NCBI RefSeq assembly: GCF_038025025.1
Contig: NW_027117345.1
Location: 1,550,001 to 1,614,000 of the forward strand
Direction of reading: 5' to 3'
Length of the DNA stretch: 64,000 bases
Origin: Phyllosticta citribraziliensis
Taxonomy: Eukaryota
The notes below the pieces were generated by a model that made no database searches, had not been told where the DNA came from, and worked only from the letters and a program-made list of their open reading frames with translations. The position numbers were made by a program, and so were the translations under genes. Within the stretch, counting starts at the first letter, position 1. Every line of letters begins with the position of its first letter. Shown here piece after piece: positions 48,597 to 59,925 of the stretch.

Positions 48597-49110
48597 GGTG
48601 TACGGTCACAAAGTCGCGGTTAAGAAAGTCGAGAATTGAAGACAGATGAACGATGTCATCCTTCGGCTGGCCTTTCACGTGCGGCCAGGAACAGCAGCGG
48701 GGCTGGCCCAAGCTCTTTCCTAGCTTACCTTAGCTGACGTAGGTTGTAGCCACCGCCTATGTAGGGTCAATGGAACCGAAGGCATCTTCGAGTGATCACA
48801 GTGGACCTACTACTGAAATTCCTCCTGGAGAGCAGTTTGCAAATGATCTCAATTTTCGAGCAGACATTCAACAAACACAAACGCAGTTCCGCGGCCGTCG
48901 TTTTGAATCTAATCTAATCTCACATCTGACAATCAGTGGGGCCGGTCGCAAACCCTCGACGCGGATGCCACGGCAACCGTGGGTGGAGACATTCAGCTTC
49001 AAGTTTACGCATGAAGGGCGCTACAGATCCCACCTGCGACTCTTTGACTCTAGATTATTGGGACGGCAGCAACGTCAGTCCATTACTTGATCGCGAAGCT
49101 ACACCGCGCC

Positions 49111-51182
49111 ATGGTGCGAACAACACGCGCAGCAGCTCGTCGCCAGGAACGCGAAGTCGGTAGCTATTTCCCACTCGGCAGTGGGCAGTCAACTAATTAG
49201 TGAGGCATCCAGGAACCCGACGTATACAACGCAAGCGAGACAGATGAACCTTCGGCTCAGCTTTGGGGAGAGGCGAGTCAAGAGAGAACTCCGCACACGA
49301 AGAAGACGCCCGTCGACTACCTGAACTCCGTACTTCCCTCAAGACCCATTCCTCGCGATAGAGCCGCCAGATCCGCCAGGCCCCTGCCAACGAGACAAGA
49401 ACGGCTTCTACGACGCTCGCACTCCCGCACTGGGGAATCGACAGACTCGTCCCGCCAGCCGATAAGAAGCACACACAAAGTCAGGCGAGTAGATCATGAA
49501 AGCCCGGCAAATGGTGACGAGGAGCACAACGAGTCGGAAAACGAACAGATCAGGACGGACGAAAATGCCCAGGTGGTAGATTTAGGACAGGATGACAACA
49601 ACGATAATGAGGAGGAAGAAGAGGAGGAAGCAGATGGGGGGCAGGACGAAAATGATGAGGGAGAAAATCTTGAGCCCGAAGAGCATCAAAGGAGGGAAAA
49701 AGGCGCGGAAAAGGAGGAGGAGGAAGAAGATGAGGATGACAACGAGTACGAGGAAAGTAATGCCAATCGGACAAATGGGAGAGTAGAGAAGGCTCAAGAG
49801 ATGGAAGAAGACAGCGAAGAAGAAGAGGAAAATGGGCCAAATGAAGACAGTTCCGAGGGTGAAGCGAGCAATGTGGGCGACGACCAGCCGATAAACGATC
49901 AAAACGGACTCTTCGGGCTGAAACAGAAATTCCACGGGATTCTGGACCGACAAGCAGGAATGAGAAAGATCAAGAAGTGCATCAAGGAGAATGGCCTGGA
50001 AGTTGAGAGCCAGACCGCGAAAGCTCTCAAATCAAGGTGCGCCGGGCTTCAAAAACTCATCAAAGACTATCACGCGGCCTTTGATATGTATGACGAAGTC
50101 GACTTGGGGGAAGTTTCGTCCAGAACAGACATGGCAGAGGCCGTCCGAAAACACACTTTCCAGATCACCAAGGTCCTTGACAATCTCGACATTGAACATC
50201 CAGAGAAATTCCTCATGCAAGATTTGCACGCGTTCATATTCCCAGCACTTGTCAGGGGTCTTTACGGGACGATTGACCTCTTCGACCACTTCTTCGGACG
50301 TGCAGATGGAAGCATGCCAGCTGCCCATGCAAATCACATTGCCTACTTTGCCGGCGCCATCATCAAGCTCGGCGACCGCGTGCGGAAAAGCAACCGCTCA
50401 CCCGCCGCGCATCTCAAGCTCAAGCAACCTGTCAATAACCATCTCATCGCCCCCTTACGCGCGTTTCACAAGGAGCTACGCGGAGCGCTACAGCGCCTAG
50501 CGGCCAAAGAGCAGCGCGAAGCGGACCGCCAGGAAGACCGGCGGCGAGACGAGCTGGCAGCCCAGCGACGCGCACAACAAGAGCAGCGCCTCGCCGAGCA
50601 GCAACCACGCCGCGAGGACTGGCGACGGCTACACGTATTGCGCATGAAGGTGGAGCCCGATCCGCGGTGCTGGAAGCACCTCCGCCACGTTGAGCTGCCC
50701 AAACACCAGGACGACGAAGCGGACAAGGTAATGGACAATGTTGATGCCAATGGCGAGCCCTTTGATCGCATCGATGCGTTTGATCACCGTCGTGGGGCGG
50801 CTGCTCATCACCAGAATGGCAGCGCTGCGAAACAGCTGCCGGTGGCGCAAGAGATTGTGGGCCCCGACTGGACGAACGACGAGGGACTGGTTCTCATGCA
50901 CGCTTTGGACGTGTATGGGCAGCGGAACTTTGGTGAGTTGCTTTCTCCTTGTCAACCCGCATCCACCGCCTTTGAAGAGATGCCTTTACTGACGTAATGC
51001 GTGTCTGCTTTGATCAAACAGCAAATCCACGCTACGAAGTCTACGCCCGGATAATTCAGGAGCACTGTCGCCTCGGCGGCGCACTGCGGTGCTTCAGCGT
51101 CCTGGAAATCACGGAAAAGGCGCGCTACTTCAAGCGAATGCTTGCGGGCGTTGACTGGGTCGACAGAATACCCACCTTTTGA
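49111..51182 (+). CDS. Hypothetical protein with acidic N-terminal tract and coiled coil
   Basis: The frame of ORF 49573-50997 is open back to ~49212. Probable first exon MVRTTRAAARRQERE at 49111; last exon ends IPTF* after intron ~50933-51021. No family recognised. Confidence 0.65.
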
Positions 51183-51469
51183 TGCCTCCATCCGCATTCT
51201 CTGATGCCTCGACGACACTTCATTGGTGCATTCTGACTCGGCGTATTCACATTTCTCATGATACCCCGCTTTCTTGTTTTCTTTTTCTCCTTCCCTTTTT
51301 CATCAGCGAATTTTTACGCAGGCGAACGCTCGCCTTGAAGAGATTAGGGGTTGTTTTTGGCACTTTGAGAATGTTCATTATATTGTCTATCGAACCCTTT
51401 CATAACGTTCATACACACCCGTTGCTCAACACGTAATGTTGTCTTGGTACAAAGAAAGAGACGGCCGCA

Positions 51470-52648
51470 TCAAGCCTTACCGGCATTGGCCCTCAGGAAC
51501 TCGGCCGCCTTGGTGGCCACCTGGTCATACTGCTCGGCAAAGCCCGCAATGTGTCCGATCAGGGGGATGTCGTGGGGTGCGTAGTCGACAATTTCAACGA
51601 CGATGCGGTTGCCCTTGACTTTTTGCATGGCCTCGACCCACTCGACGTTTTCGTGGAAGAGCACCTCGGCGCCGCCCGTCTGGACGAAGACGGGCGTCTG
51701 AGTGTGGAAGGGGTAGGGCCCGCCGCTGACGTACGGGTTGTCGAGGGGCACGTCGGGAGAGACGTAGACGCGGGCGCCCCAGGCGCCAAAGTCCTTGGAC
51801 AGGTAGTCGGTGCCGTAATTGGGGGAGCGGGCGATCTGGGTCTTGTCGACGGCGACCGAGGGGTTGATCCAGGGGGACCAGCACCAAGCGGCAGCGGGGG
51901 CGGGCAGCCCCGTGGCGTCGCCATACTCGGAAATGTAGCGCAGCAGGGCGAAGACGACGTTGCCGCCGGCGCTGTCGCCACTGACAACGATGCGGGAGGC
52001 GGGGATGCGCAGTGTGCGCAAGAGGTGCGCGTAGGACGTTACCGCGTCTTGGATGGCGCCTGGGAAGCGCACGTTCGACGGCGGCCCCGCGAGCCGGTAT
52101 TGTGGACAGAAAACGTAGCGCACGCCGCTGGGCCCGGCGTTGCGGAGCAAGCCGCGCGCAAGAGGACCGCAGTCGCGCTCGCGGCCGTCACCCAGCACGA
52201 AGGCACCGCCGTGGAAGTGCAGCACCACATAGCCGTGGTCGTTGTCGTTTTCCTTGTTCGGTAGCGAGCCGTTGGCGCCAAGGGGACTGGGGTAAGGCGC
52301 GGGATACCAGGTCCCGCCAATCTTTTCGGGCTGGATGGCGCCAGACTTGTCGACCATCGGACCCTGGTACAGAGCCGTCTCGGCGGGCGGCATGAGGACA
52401 AAGCGATTCCCCTCGCCGCCGGGGTCGAGCGACAGCGGGATGAGGATCTCGAGCATGGCCGAATGGTAGACGAAGGCCTTGAGGATCTTGTGCCGCACGG
52501 CCTGGGCATGGGTCCATTGAGGGCAGGGTCGCAGCGAGGGAATCAGAAACACCAGCATCCAGATGGGCATGCGGATGGCCTCGAGGGTGATGGCGTACAG
52601 GGCGTAGAGGCCCCGCAAAGGGTGGTGCTGGAGCAGCTTGGGACACAT
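51470..52648 (-). CDS. Alpha/beta hydrolase, HSL/Abhydrolase_3 family esterase/lipase
   Basis: HFHGGAF oxyanion motif, YRLA, GDSAGG nucleophile, GGAEVL and PHD. Hydrophobic N-terminus. Confidence 0.9.
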   Translation of the reverse strand: MCPKLLQHHPLRGLYALYAITLEAIRMPIWMLVFLIPSLRPCPQWTHAQAVRHKILKAFVYHSAMLEILIPLSLDPGGEGNRFVLMPPAETALYQGPMVDKSGAIQPEKIGGTWYPAPYPSPLGANGSLPNKENDNDHGYVVLHFHGGAFVLGDGRERDCGPLARGLLRNAGPSGVRYVFCPQYRLAGPPSNVRFPGAIQDAVTSYAHLLRTLRIPASRIVVSGDSAGGNVVFALLRYISEYGDATGLPAPAAAWCWSPWINPSVAVDKTQIARSPNYGTDYLSKDFGAWGARVYVSPDVPLDNPYVSGGPYPFHTQTPVFVQTGGAEVLFHENVEWVEAMQKVKGNRIVVEIVDYAPHDIPLIGHIAGFAEQYDQVATKAAEFLRANAGKA

Positions 52649-53366
52649 TTCCAGCGACTGGAAGAGGAGGACGAGTGTGTGGAGGGCCGGCCGCTGATGT
52701 AGGACAGAGGCGTTGGATTTATTCGACTAGGCTCCGGCGGCAACATGGCGGTGTTTGCGTTGGCTGCTTACGGCCGAGGAGGGCTAAGAGGCCTAGGCAC
52801 GGCATAGAGTTGCTGGCGAAGGTTTCGACACCAGAAGATCATATGAAGGAGCAGAAGTCGGCCAGTGGCTGATGGATGTCCGTGGTTGACATAAGGAACC
52901 AAGGCGAGCGGGTGGCTGGGATTGGGGTTGGTCGAGTTGCCGAGGCACAGCAGACCGAACACGACCTGACCCGCCGGCGCACGACTTCACGCATCCACGT
53001 GCTTTGATTGCCTCTTTCGGTCTCGGCCATCGTCACGCAACCATTTACTTTCGCTCTTCACCTCATCCACCGCGCCATGACTCCTACGCCGCCGTCGAGA
53101 TACGCCTCCCCCGCTCAACCAACTCTCCATCACCCCAGACCTTCTTCCCCGCCGCCGCTTTGCGCGCGCTCAACGCCCCCCACTCCCCACTCTTTTCCTC
53201 GACCGCACTGATAAAGCTGCGGTCTGATACGACGCTCTCATCCGCCATGCACCTTGTCCGATAAAGCTATGGCTCTCCAGCATTTCCAATCATCCAATCC
53301 TCCCCCTCATTGCCTTCTTCTCCTCCTCTATCCAACCTAGCTCAACGAGTACCGCCGCCATCAACC

Positions 53367-55220
53367 ATGACTATAACCACAACCACCACCAAAACCAATG
53401 GCGCCAAGCCATCGTGGGAAGAAGCTGCCCGTGTCAAGCGCGAGGCAATCTTCGCCTCGCTACCGCGCGAGTACCTGATCCCGGAGCCGCTTCCGTCGCC
53501 CGAGGAGCAGCGCGACGTGACCGGCGCCTACGCCCACCAGTTCTTGACGCAGCGCGAGATCGAAATCACCGAGACGGATGCCGCTGGCATTGTGGCCAAG
53601 ACCACGACGGGCGAATGGAGCGCCGTCGAGGTGACCAAGGCCTTCATCCATCGTGCCTGCATGGCACATCAATTGGTACGCCGAGTCGCCGTAAAGATTG
53701 ACAGGGGGGTGAGGACATGATTCTGACGGCACCAGCTCAATTGCCTCCACGAGACCGACTTCCCCTCTGCGCTCGCCACCGCCGCTAGTCTCGACGCTCA
53801 CTTTGCCGAGCACAAGAAACCCATTGGACCGCTCCACGGGCTCCCCGTCTCTCTCAAGGATCAGTGCCACATGAAGGGGCTCGACACGACCATGGGCTAC
53901 GTAGGCTGGATCGGGACACACGAAGGCGACGCATCGTCGCCACTGTATCGGAATTTCGAGTCGGTTATTGTGACAGAGTTGCGGCGCCAGGGGGCAGTCC
54001 TGTACTGCAAAACGGCGGTGCCGGCAACGCTCATGGCAGGCGAGACGGTCAACCACATAGTCGGCTGGGTGCGCAATCCCAAGAATCGGCTGGTCAGTTG
54101 CGGTGGCAGCTCTGGGGGTGAGGGCGCTCTCATCGGCTTCAAGGGCTCTCCAGGCGGCTTCGGCACCGACATTGGCGGCAGCGTGCGCATCCCCAGCGCC
54201 TTCAACGGGCTCTACGGCCTGCGTCCCAGCAACGGCCGCCTACCCTACGAGGGCATGGCCAACTCGATGGATGGTCAAAACACCATCCTTTCCGCCGTCG
54301 GTCCCATTGCCGGCACATTGGCCAGCACGCGTCTGCTGGCAAAGGCTGTCGTCGACAGCGAGCCATGGTGGGAGGACCCGCTTGTGCACGAGATTCCGTG
54401 GCGCGAGCAGGAGGCCGATGCTGTGCGGCGCCAGGGCAAGCTCGTCTTTGGTGTTCTGCGTGACGATGGCATGGTGCGCTTGACGCCGCCCATTCGGCGC
54501 GGGCTCGAGGCAGCGGTCGAGGCCGTCAAGAAGGCTGGACACGAGGTCGTCGAGTGGGAGCCTCCTGCGGAGTGCGCTCACAAGCACCTCCTCGAAATCG
54601 CCGTAAGTTTATTCCTCTGCCGATACTCCCCTGTCCCTCCGCCTGCTTCCCTGACCTTCACCCCTTAGACGCAAAGCTGGTCTATGGACGGCTGCGACGA
54701 CGTCATCAAAGCCTTTGGGCTCTCCGGCGAGCCACCAATGCCGCACCTCCTGCTCGACGTGCCCGCAACTCCAGGCCCAGAGTTGCCCGCGAGCGCCATC
54801 GCCGCGCTCAACGTGCGCAAACGCCGCACCCAAAAGGCGTACATGGACTTCTGGAGCTCCACAGCCAAAACCACGTCGACGGGCCGCCCCGTCGACGCAC
54901 TGCTAACGGCACCCTGCCCGCACCCCGCCGCCATCGAGAACCAGTTCCCCTTCACCATGTACACGACGTTTGCCAACGTGCTCGACTACACGGCGGCCAT
55001 TGTGCCGACTGGCGTCGTCGTCGACCCCGCGCTCGACGCGAGGGAGGGCGGCATGCAGTGGCGCAGTGATCTCGAGCAGCGGATCCACGAGAAGTCGTTC
55101 GACCCCGAGATCCAAAAGGGCGCGCCCGTCACGGTGCAGGTTGTGGGCCGTCGTCTGCAGGAGGAGCGCGTCTTGGCCATCTCGGAGATAGTCGACGAGG
55201 CGTTGAAGAAGGCCTCGTAG
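53367..55220 (+). CDS. Amidase-signature family enzyme (acetamidase/AmdS-like), 3 exons
   Basis: GPLHGLPVSLKD, GGSSGGEGAL and GTDIGGSVRIPS (Ser-cisSer-Lys triad), plus VQVVGRRLQEE. Confidence 0.93.
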
Positions 55221-56776
55221 GTTGCTTGGTGGATGAGATAACGGTGAGTCTTGCTGAGCGGTGCTCGGCTGCGAAGTTGCAAGGTAAGCGCGAGTGAAGT
55301 CTTTTGCCACGGGCAAAGCCGTCTGTTCTCCTGTTTGGACCCTCGTTCTTCGTCTTTTCCTCGTCTCTGGTAGATTCAGTTCGTGTGTGCGTGCGCTGTG
55401 ATGGTCGATTGGGTTCTTGGTTTCGCAGTCCTTCTTCAGTAGCCCTTTGCGGAAATCCAATCAATTTAGACCCTTGGTGCTCTGTGTTTACAGATGGACT
55501 GCCGTCCGTGTGAAGCACACTGACTGGACGCTCTCTCTGCGATGGCCTGGGGGGCTGCACTAAATCACGACACGCGCTGACGCGCACCTTGGACGCTACG
55601 CTGATGCAGCCGACGCACGAACTTATCCGCAGCACCAAGTAGAAAAGGTGCGTGCCGATGGAGGTAGTAGGTGCGAAAGTGGGGTTAGAGTTCGTCGACC
55701 AGTATCACCCAACAATGATGACTTATCCGTCTACCCGGGCGTCCGTCCTTTCTTCGCCGCCCTTCCCCTCATGATAATTGGCGGGAATGTATGCAGGCAA
55801 GGGTGGGGACTGGCTACAGACATGTATGAGTGACAGAGGCCCTATCCACGTCCGTCGTCGTCGTCGCCGGCGCGCCAGGCATGTGCACGCGTGTCGTCAA
55901 GAGTACGAATGACTTGATCAACTGGTAGGTAGATTGGCACGCAACTGGGCTAGGCGTGGAGCAGTCGATGTGTGGATATATACACAAGAGAGGTGGTGGC
56001 AAAGGTGACAGCGATGCCAGAAGAGAGTACGTAATTTTAGATACATAGGTAGCGAGACTAGCCAAGCCAGTCGCGAGCGTGTGTCCAAGGGACTCGTATA
56101 ATTTGGTGGAGCGTGGAGAGGAGGGCAACGTGGCGTACTTCTGCCAACGGCAGTCGACATGGAGGAAGTGGCGGTGGTTCATGGTGTGGGTGGGTAGTGA
56201 TGGGGAGGGGTAGAGGGGGAAGTGGGGAAGAGGAAAGGGGGAGAAAAGAACGGGACAGGACATGAAAAAGCCGTGCTCGCCCCCTCATATGTAACAAACA
56301 ACAAACGAGCAGGAAACAGACGAACGACATGAACAAACAGGCACCGATCCGCTGCTCCGTTGAAATGCTGCCGCATGCCCGCATCAAAACGCAGGTACAA
56401 CAATCCAATCCGTACGCGTGCGAGACGTAGTAGTAGTCATAGTAGAAGAACAAGTGGGGGAAGAAGAAAGAGTGGGAAATCAATCAAGAAAAAGAACTCC
56501 CAAGCTCATGCGTTTGAAACCTGCTCTCTCCAATCGCCCCTGCCTGCAGCATGATGTTTCCAAACTCCCAATACTCTTGCGTGCTACATGATATCCCCCT
56601 TTTTTTCCCTTCTACTCGTCTCATCAAATTAAGGTGGCTTCAAACGTAACAAAAAAAGACTGCCAACTTATCGCTCCCGAAATCGTGCTTTTTGGTAAAA
56701 GACAGAAAAAAGATCAAGGCTGGAACGACAGTCTGTAATGAAGAAGTGGAAAAGAGAAAGAACACTTTTCTTCATT

Positions 56777-59108
56777 TCAACCCCAGGCGCTCCCACCAGT
56801 CATAAAGGCATCAGGTCCACCCGCGTGCGCCTGAAGCTCGATGCCGTCCATGACGCCGGTAGACTCGGGCATGATCTGGGAGTTTTTGCGTCCTTCACCG
56901 ATCCCTCCCATGTTTTGGAGCCCTGGAAAATGGGCACCGGGATGGGTTGGCCCTGCCATTTGCGGCCAAGCTTGGGGATGTGTTTGAGGAGGCTGCTGGG
57001 CGTGTGGAGTAGGCGGTTGCGAATGCTGCTGCTGCTGGCCCGGGAGCGTTGAAGTCGCCAAGGCCTGTTGTTGCATTTGCGGAGGCTGAGACATCTGGGA
57101 GGGTGGAAGCGCGGGATGATGTTGGGCGGCATGCGGCGGGCCCGGATGAATGTGTTGCTGCTGCTGCTGCTGCGGCGGAACCTGCGGAACCTGGGCCATT
57201 TGCGGGACTTGTTGGACCTGCTGGACTTGTGCTATTTGCTGAACTTGTTGTACTTGGACTTGCGGATGTTGTTGATGGCTATGTTGGCGGGAGTGTGGTG
57301 GCCGCTGTGACTGCGATTCGTCTGGACAAATCACCGTTTCCGCATCTGCGTCTGCATCATCTTCCGCGTTGTCCCCACTCATGACCTCTGTGTCGTCAGA
57401 GCCTGGAAGCCCTTCTGTTGCGTTTGCGGGCGCAGCAAAGCCATTGGGCATGCCAACTGCAGGCTGGACCAGTGTGGGTGTTCTCAGTCCATTGTCTTGT
57501 CCCATACTGACATGCTGGACTGTGTTGCGGAGCATGTTGTTGCCACGACCTACAGCCGGTCCGCCGGCCAGAGCAAGACTTGCGCCCTGCGTCACAGGAG
57601 CCGACGCCTGAACGGCGCTGGTGCTCAAACTTCTCTGCCCCGCAAGGCCCATCCCAGCCTTTTTGCTTTCCTTAACCACGTTTGTCCACCTTTCTATCAG
57701 CTTGTCGTAGTCCCATGTCCGGGGGTCGAGGCCTTGTCCTTGCTTTCCAGCCAACTCTTTAAACGTCTCGGTGGGTATTTGAAGCGGATTTCCGGGGGTC
57801 GCGATAGAGGCTGGCGTCGCGCCGAATTGCGAACTCGACGATGACGCCATTCCCATGTTGATCCAGCGGTTGTTTCTCAAAGTTTCAATCTCTTTTCTCG
57901 CGTTTGCCAAGCTGTTCTCAGCCTCCCTTCTAGATTCGTCGGCGCGGGTGTACGATCGCAAAATCTCCAGGGCCCATATTTCTTGTCTCTGTTTCTCAGG
58001 CATTGATTTCCAATGGCTAAAAGCTTCTTGAAAATGAGAATAGAGGCGTCCCGGTTCAGGTTCAAGGCCTCCAAGCGGTGGTGTTGGAAGCGGGGAAGAA
58101 GCGGAGGCCGAAGGTGTGGAAGCCGAAAACGTCGCAGTATTGCCATAGAGTTGAAGGTGCCGTTGTCGCTGCACCAAGCGGTCGCGGACGTTCTTCTGAA
58201 GTGCTTCAAACTGCTTCTGTCCAGGCGGAGCAATGGACCAAGACTCGTTCGTTGGAAATGGACTCGGGGAGAAGAGCGTGGCCGGGGCAGGTAGGATGTG
58301 CAGGCACAAGGATGGGAAACTCAAGGTGAAGGGATCGAAGTCAAACAAGTTTAGCCCGGAAGACCGTACGCTGGCAAGTGTCAGTACCGGCTCCAATGGC
58401 TCTCCAGGCAAAGTTTTGTATGCATTGTGAGAGCAACCCAGAGGCAACAGACCTAGCTTCCCTCACGCTTCCAAGGACTTCCCTTAGTGCCAATTCAGCC
58501 GCCTTTCCGTGTTCAAGCTCTTCAGCCAGCACCTGTCTGCTCTCGAAGCCCCGTTTTTGCTGCTCATGCCTCGCCTTTCCCGCCTCTCCAGACAGACTTG
58601 CCCTGGGGGGAAGATTGTTGATGACGCCGGTGCTGTGCCAATTCGGCTGGTTGAACTGAACGTGCCACTTGCCAGGGGGTGGAGGCTTCAAGGCCGGTGT
58701 CTGCATGACGGACGGGCTCGAGCTATCGCCCGACGCAGCGGCGACGGCGTGGTTCAACGGCTGGGCTTGTTGCTGAGCCGCTTGTTGCTGGCTTGGCTGC
58801 TGCGGCGGCTGCTGCGGCGGTTGCTGCTGCGGCTGTGAAGCGCTGGATGATCCGGGTGTCAAGCTTCCCTCCTTTTTAGCCTGAGCGGCGCGAGCGTGTC
58901 GGCGTGTTATGCCACCACGAAGTCGCCGTATCTCGTCCACGTTGTGTATGCCGTCGGGAGCCTTTGGGTTCTTTGGCTTGATGTAAAGGTCGAGGTGGCG
59001 TCCGAGCGACGACGAGGTAAATGCCTGTTGGCAGAAGGGACAGCTCTTGTCTTTTGCTGCCTTTGTGGCTAGGCTCGCGGCGGAATTTTGCGCGGAGTCG
59101 TCGGGCAT
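56777..59108 (-). CDS. Hypothetical protein with N-terminal CPFC…H zinc-finger-like motif and Gln-rich C-terminus (intron ~58372-58452)
   Basis: KDKSCPFCQQAFTSSSLGRHLDLYIKPKNPKAPDG, AAELALREVL, FDFDPFTLSFPSLCL and WALEILR. Two long ORFs joined by one intron. Confidence 0.8.
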
Positions 59109-59925
59109 GTTGGTAAAGCGGCGTCGAGAATGGGGTGGTATGGAGGTGCCTAGGCGGCCAGCACAGCAGCGGCCGCTGAGCAGTGCGGAGGGCGTCGGTC
59201 GAGGGTCCGTCGATGGAGGAGCAGTCGTGGCGGGATGGGTGGAGACGGAGCAGGACGATGCAAGACTTGGGGCCGAGTGATGATGCCCTCACTGTTCAGC
59301 AGCATGTCATGGCATGGCGCGAGGTCGACAGGAGGAACACGGTGGTGGAACGGATGCATTTTATCTCGACGAGACTCCTGAAGAAGTCTGTGCTGCGGGT
59401 TTCCCGTCGGAACGACCAGGGCCAGCGGAGGACAAGGACAAGGATGGATCTGCCAAAGCGATTCCCGCCGTGCCCGCCAACAGAAGCCAGCCAAAGATCC
59501 AAGCATCCCGAGACAGCTTTCTTGATCAACAGCCCCGTCCGCCTCCGACTCCTCCGTGTCTCGCGCTGCGTGACATGGCAAAAGTGTTTTTTCACTAGGG
59601 CTAGCGCCCATCAGGCAAGGCTGGAAACTCTTACGGCGGCATCAATTGAACGGCTTGTTTTTGAAAACCACGAAATTAGCCAACCCTATCCCATCCGCAC
59701 TACAGCTTGTAGACTCTAGTGTCAACCTAACCCAATCTGTCTGCCTGCCTGCACTCAAAAGAACCATACGCCAGTTTGTCCTCCGCCTCCAGCTCCATCT
59801 CCATCTCCACCAACCCAGTAACAACCAACCAGAAAGCTACTAGACGACCGCGCATAGCTTTTGTTGTGACTCATCACAGGACAAGGAACAGCCAGCTCAC
59901 CCTAGCCATCATCCTGGCCGCTCCC

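Noticed and set aside
59150..59719. 153-aa and 178-aa ORFs between the dynamin and the upstream end of the Gln-rich gene
   Set aside because: No recognisable domain; more likely promoter or 5' UTR sequence.
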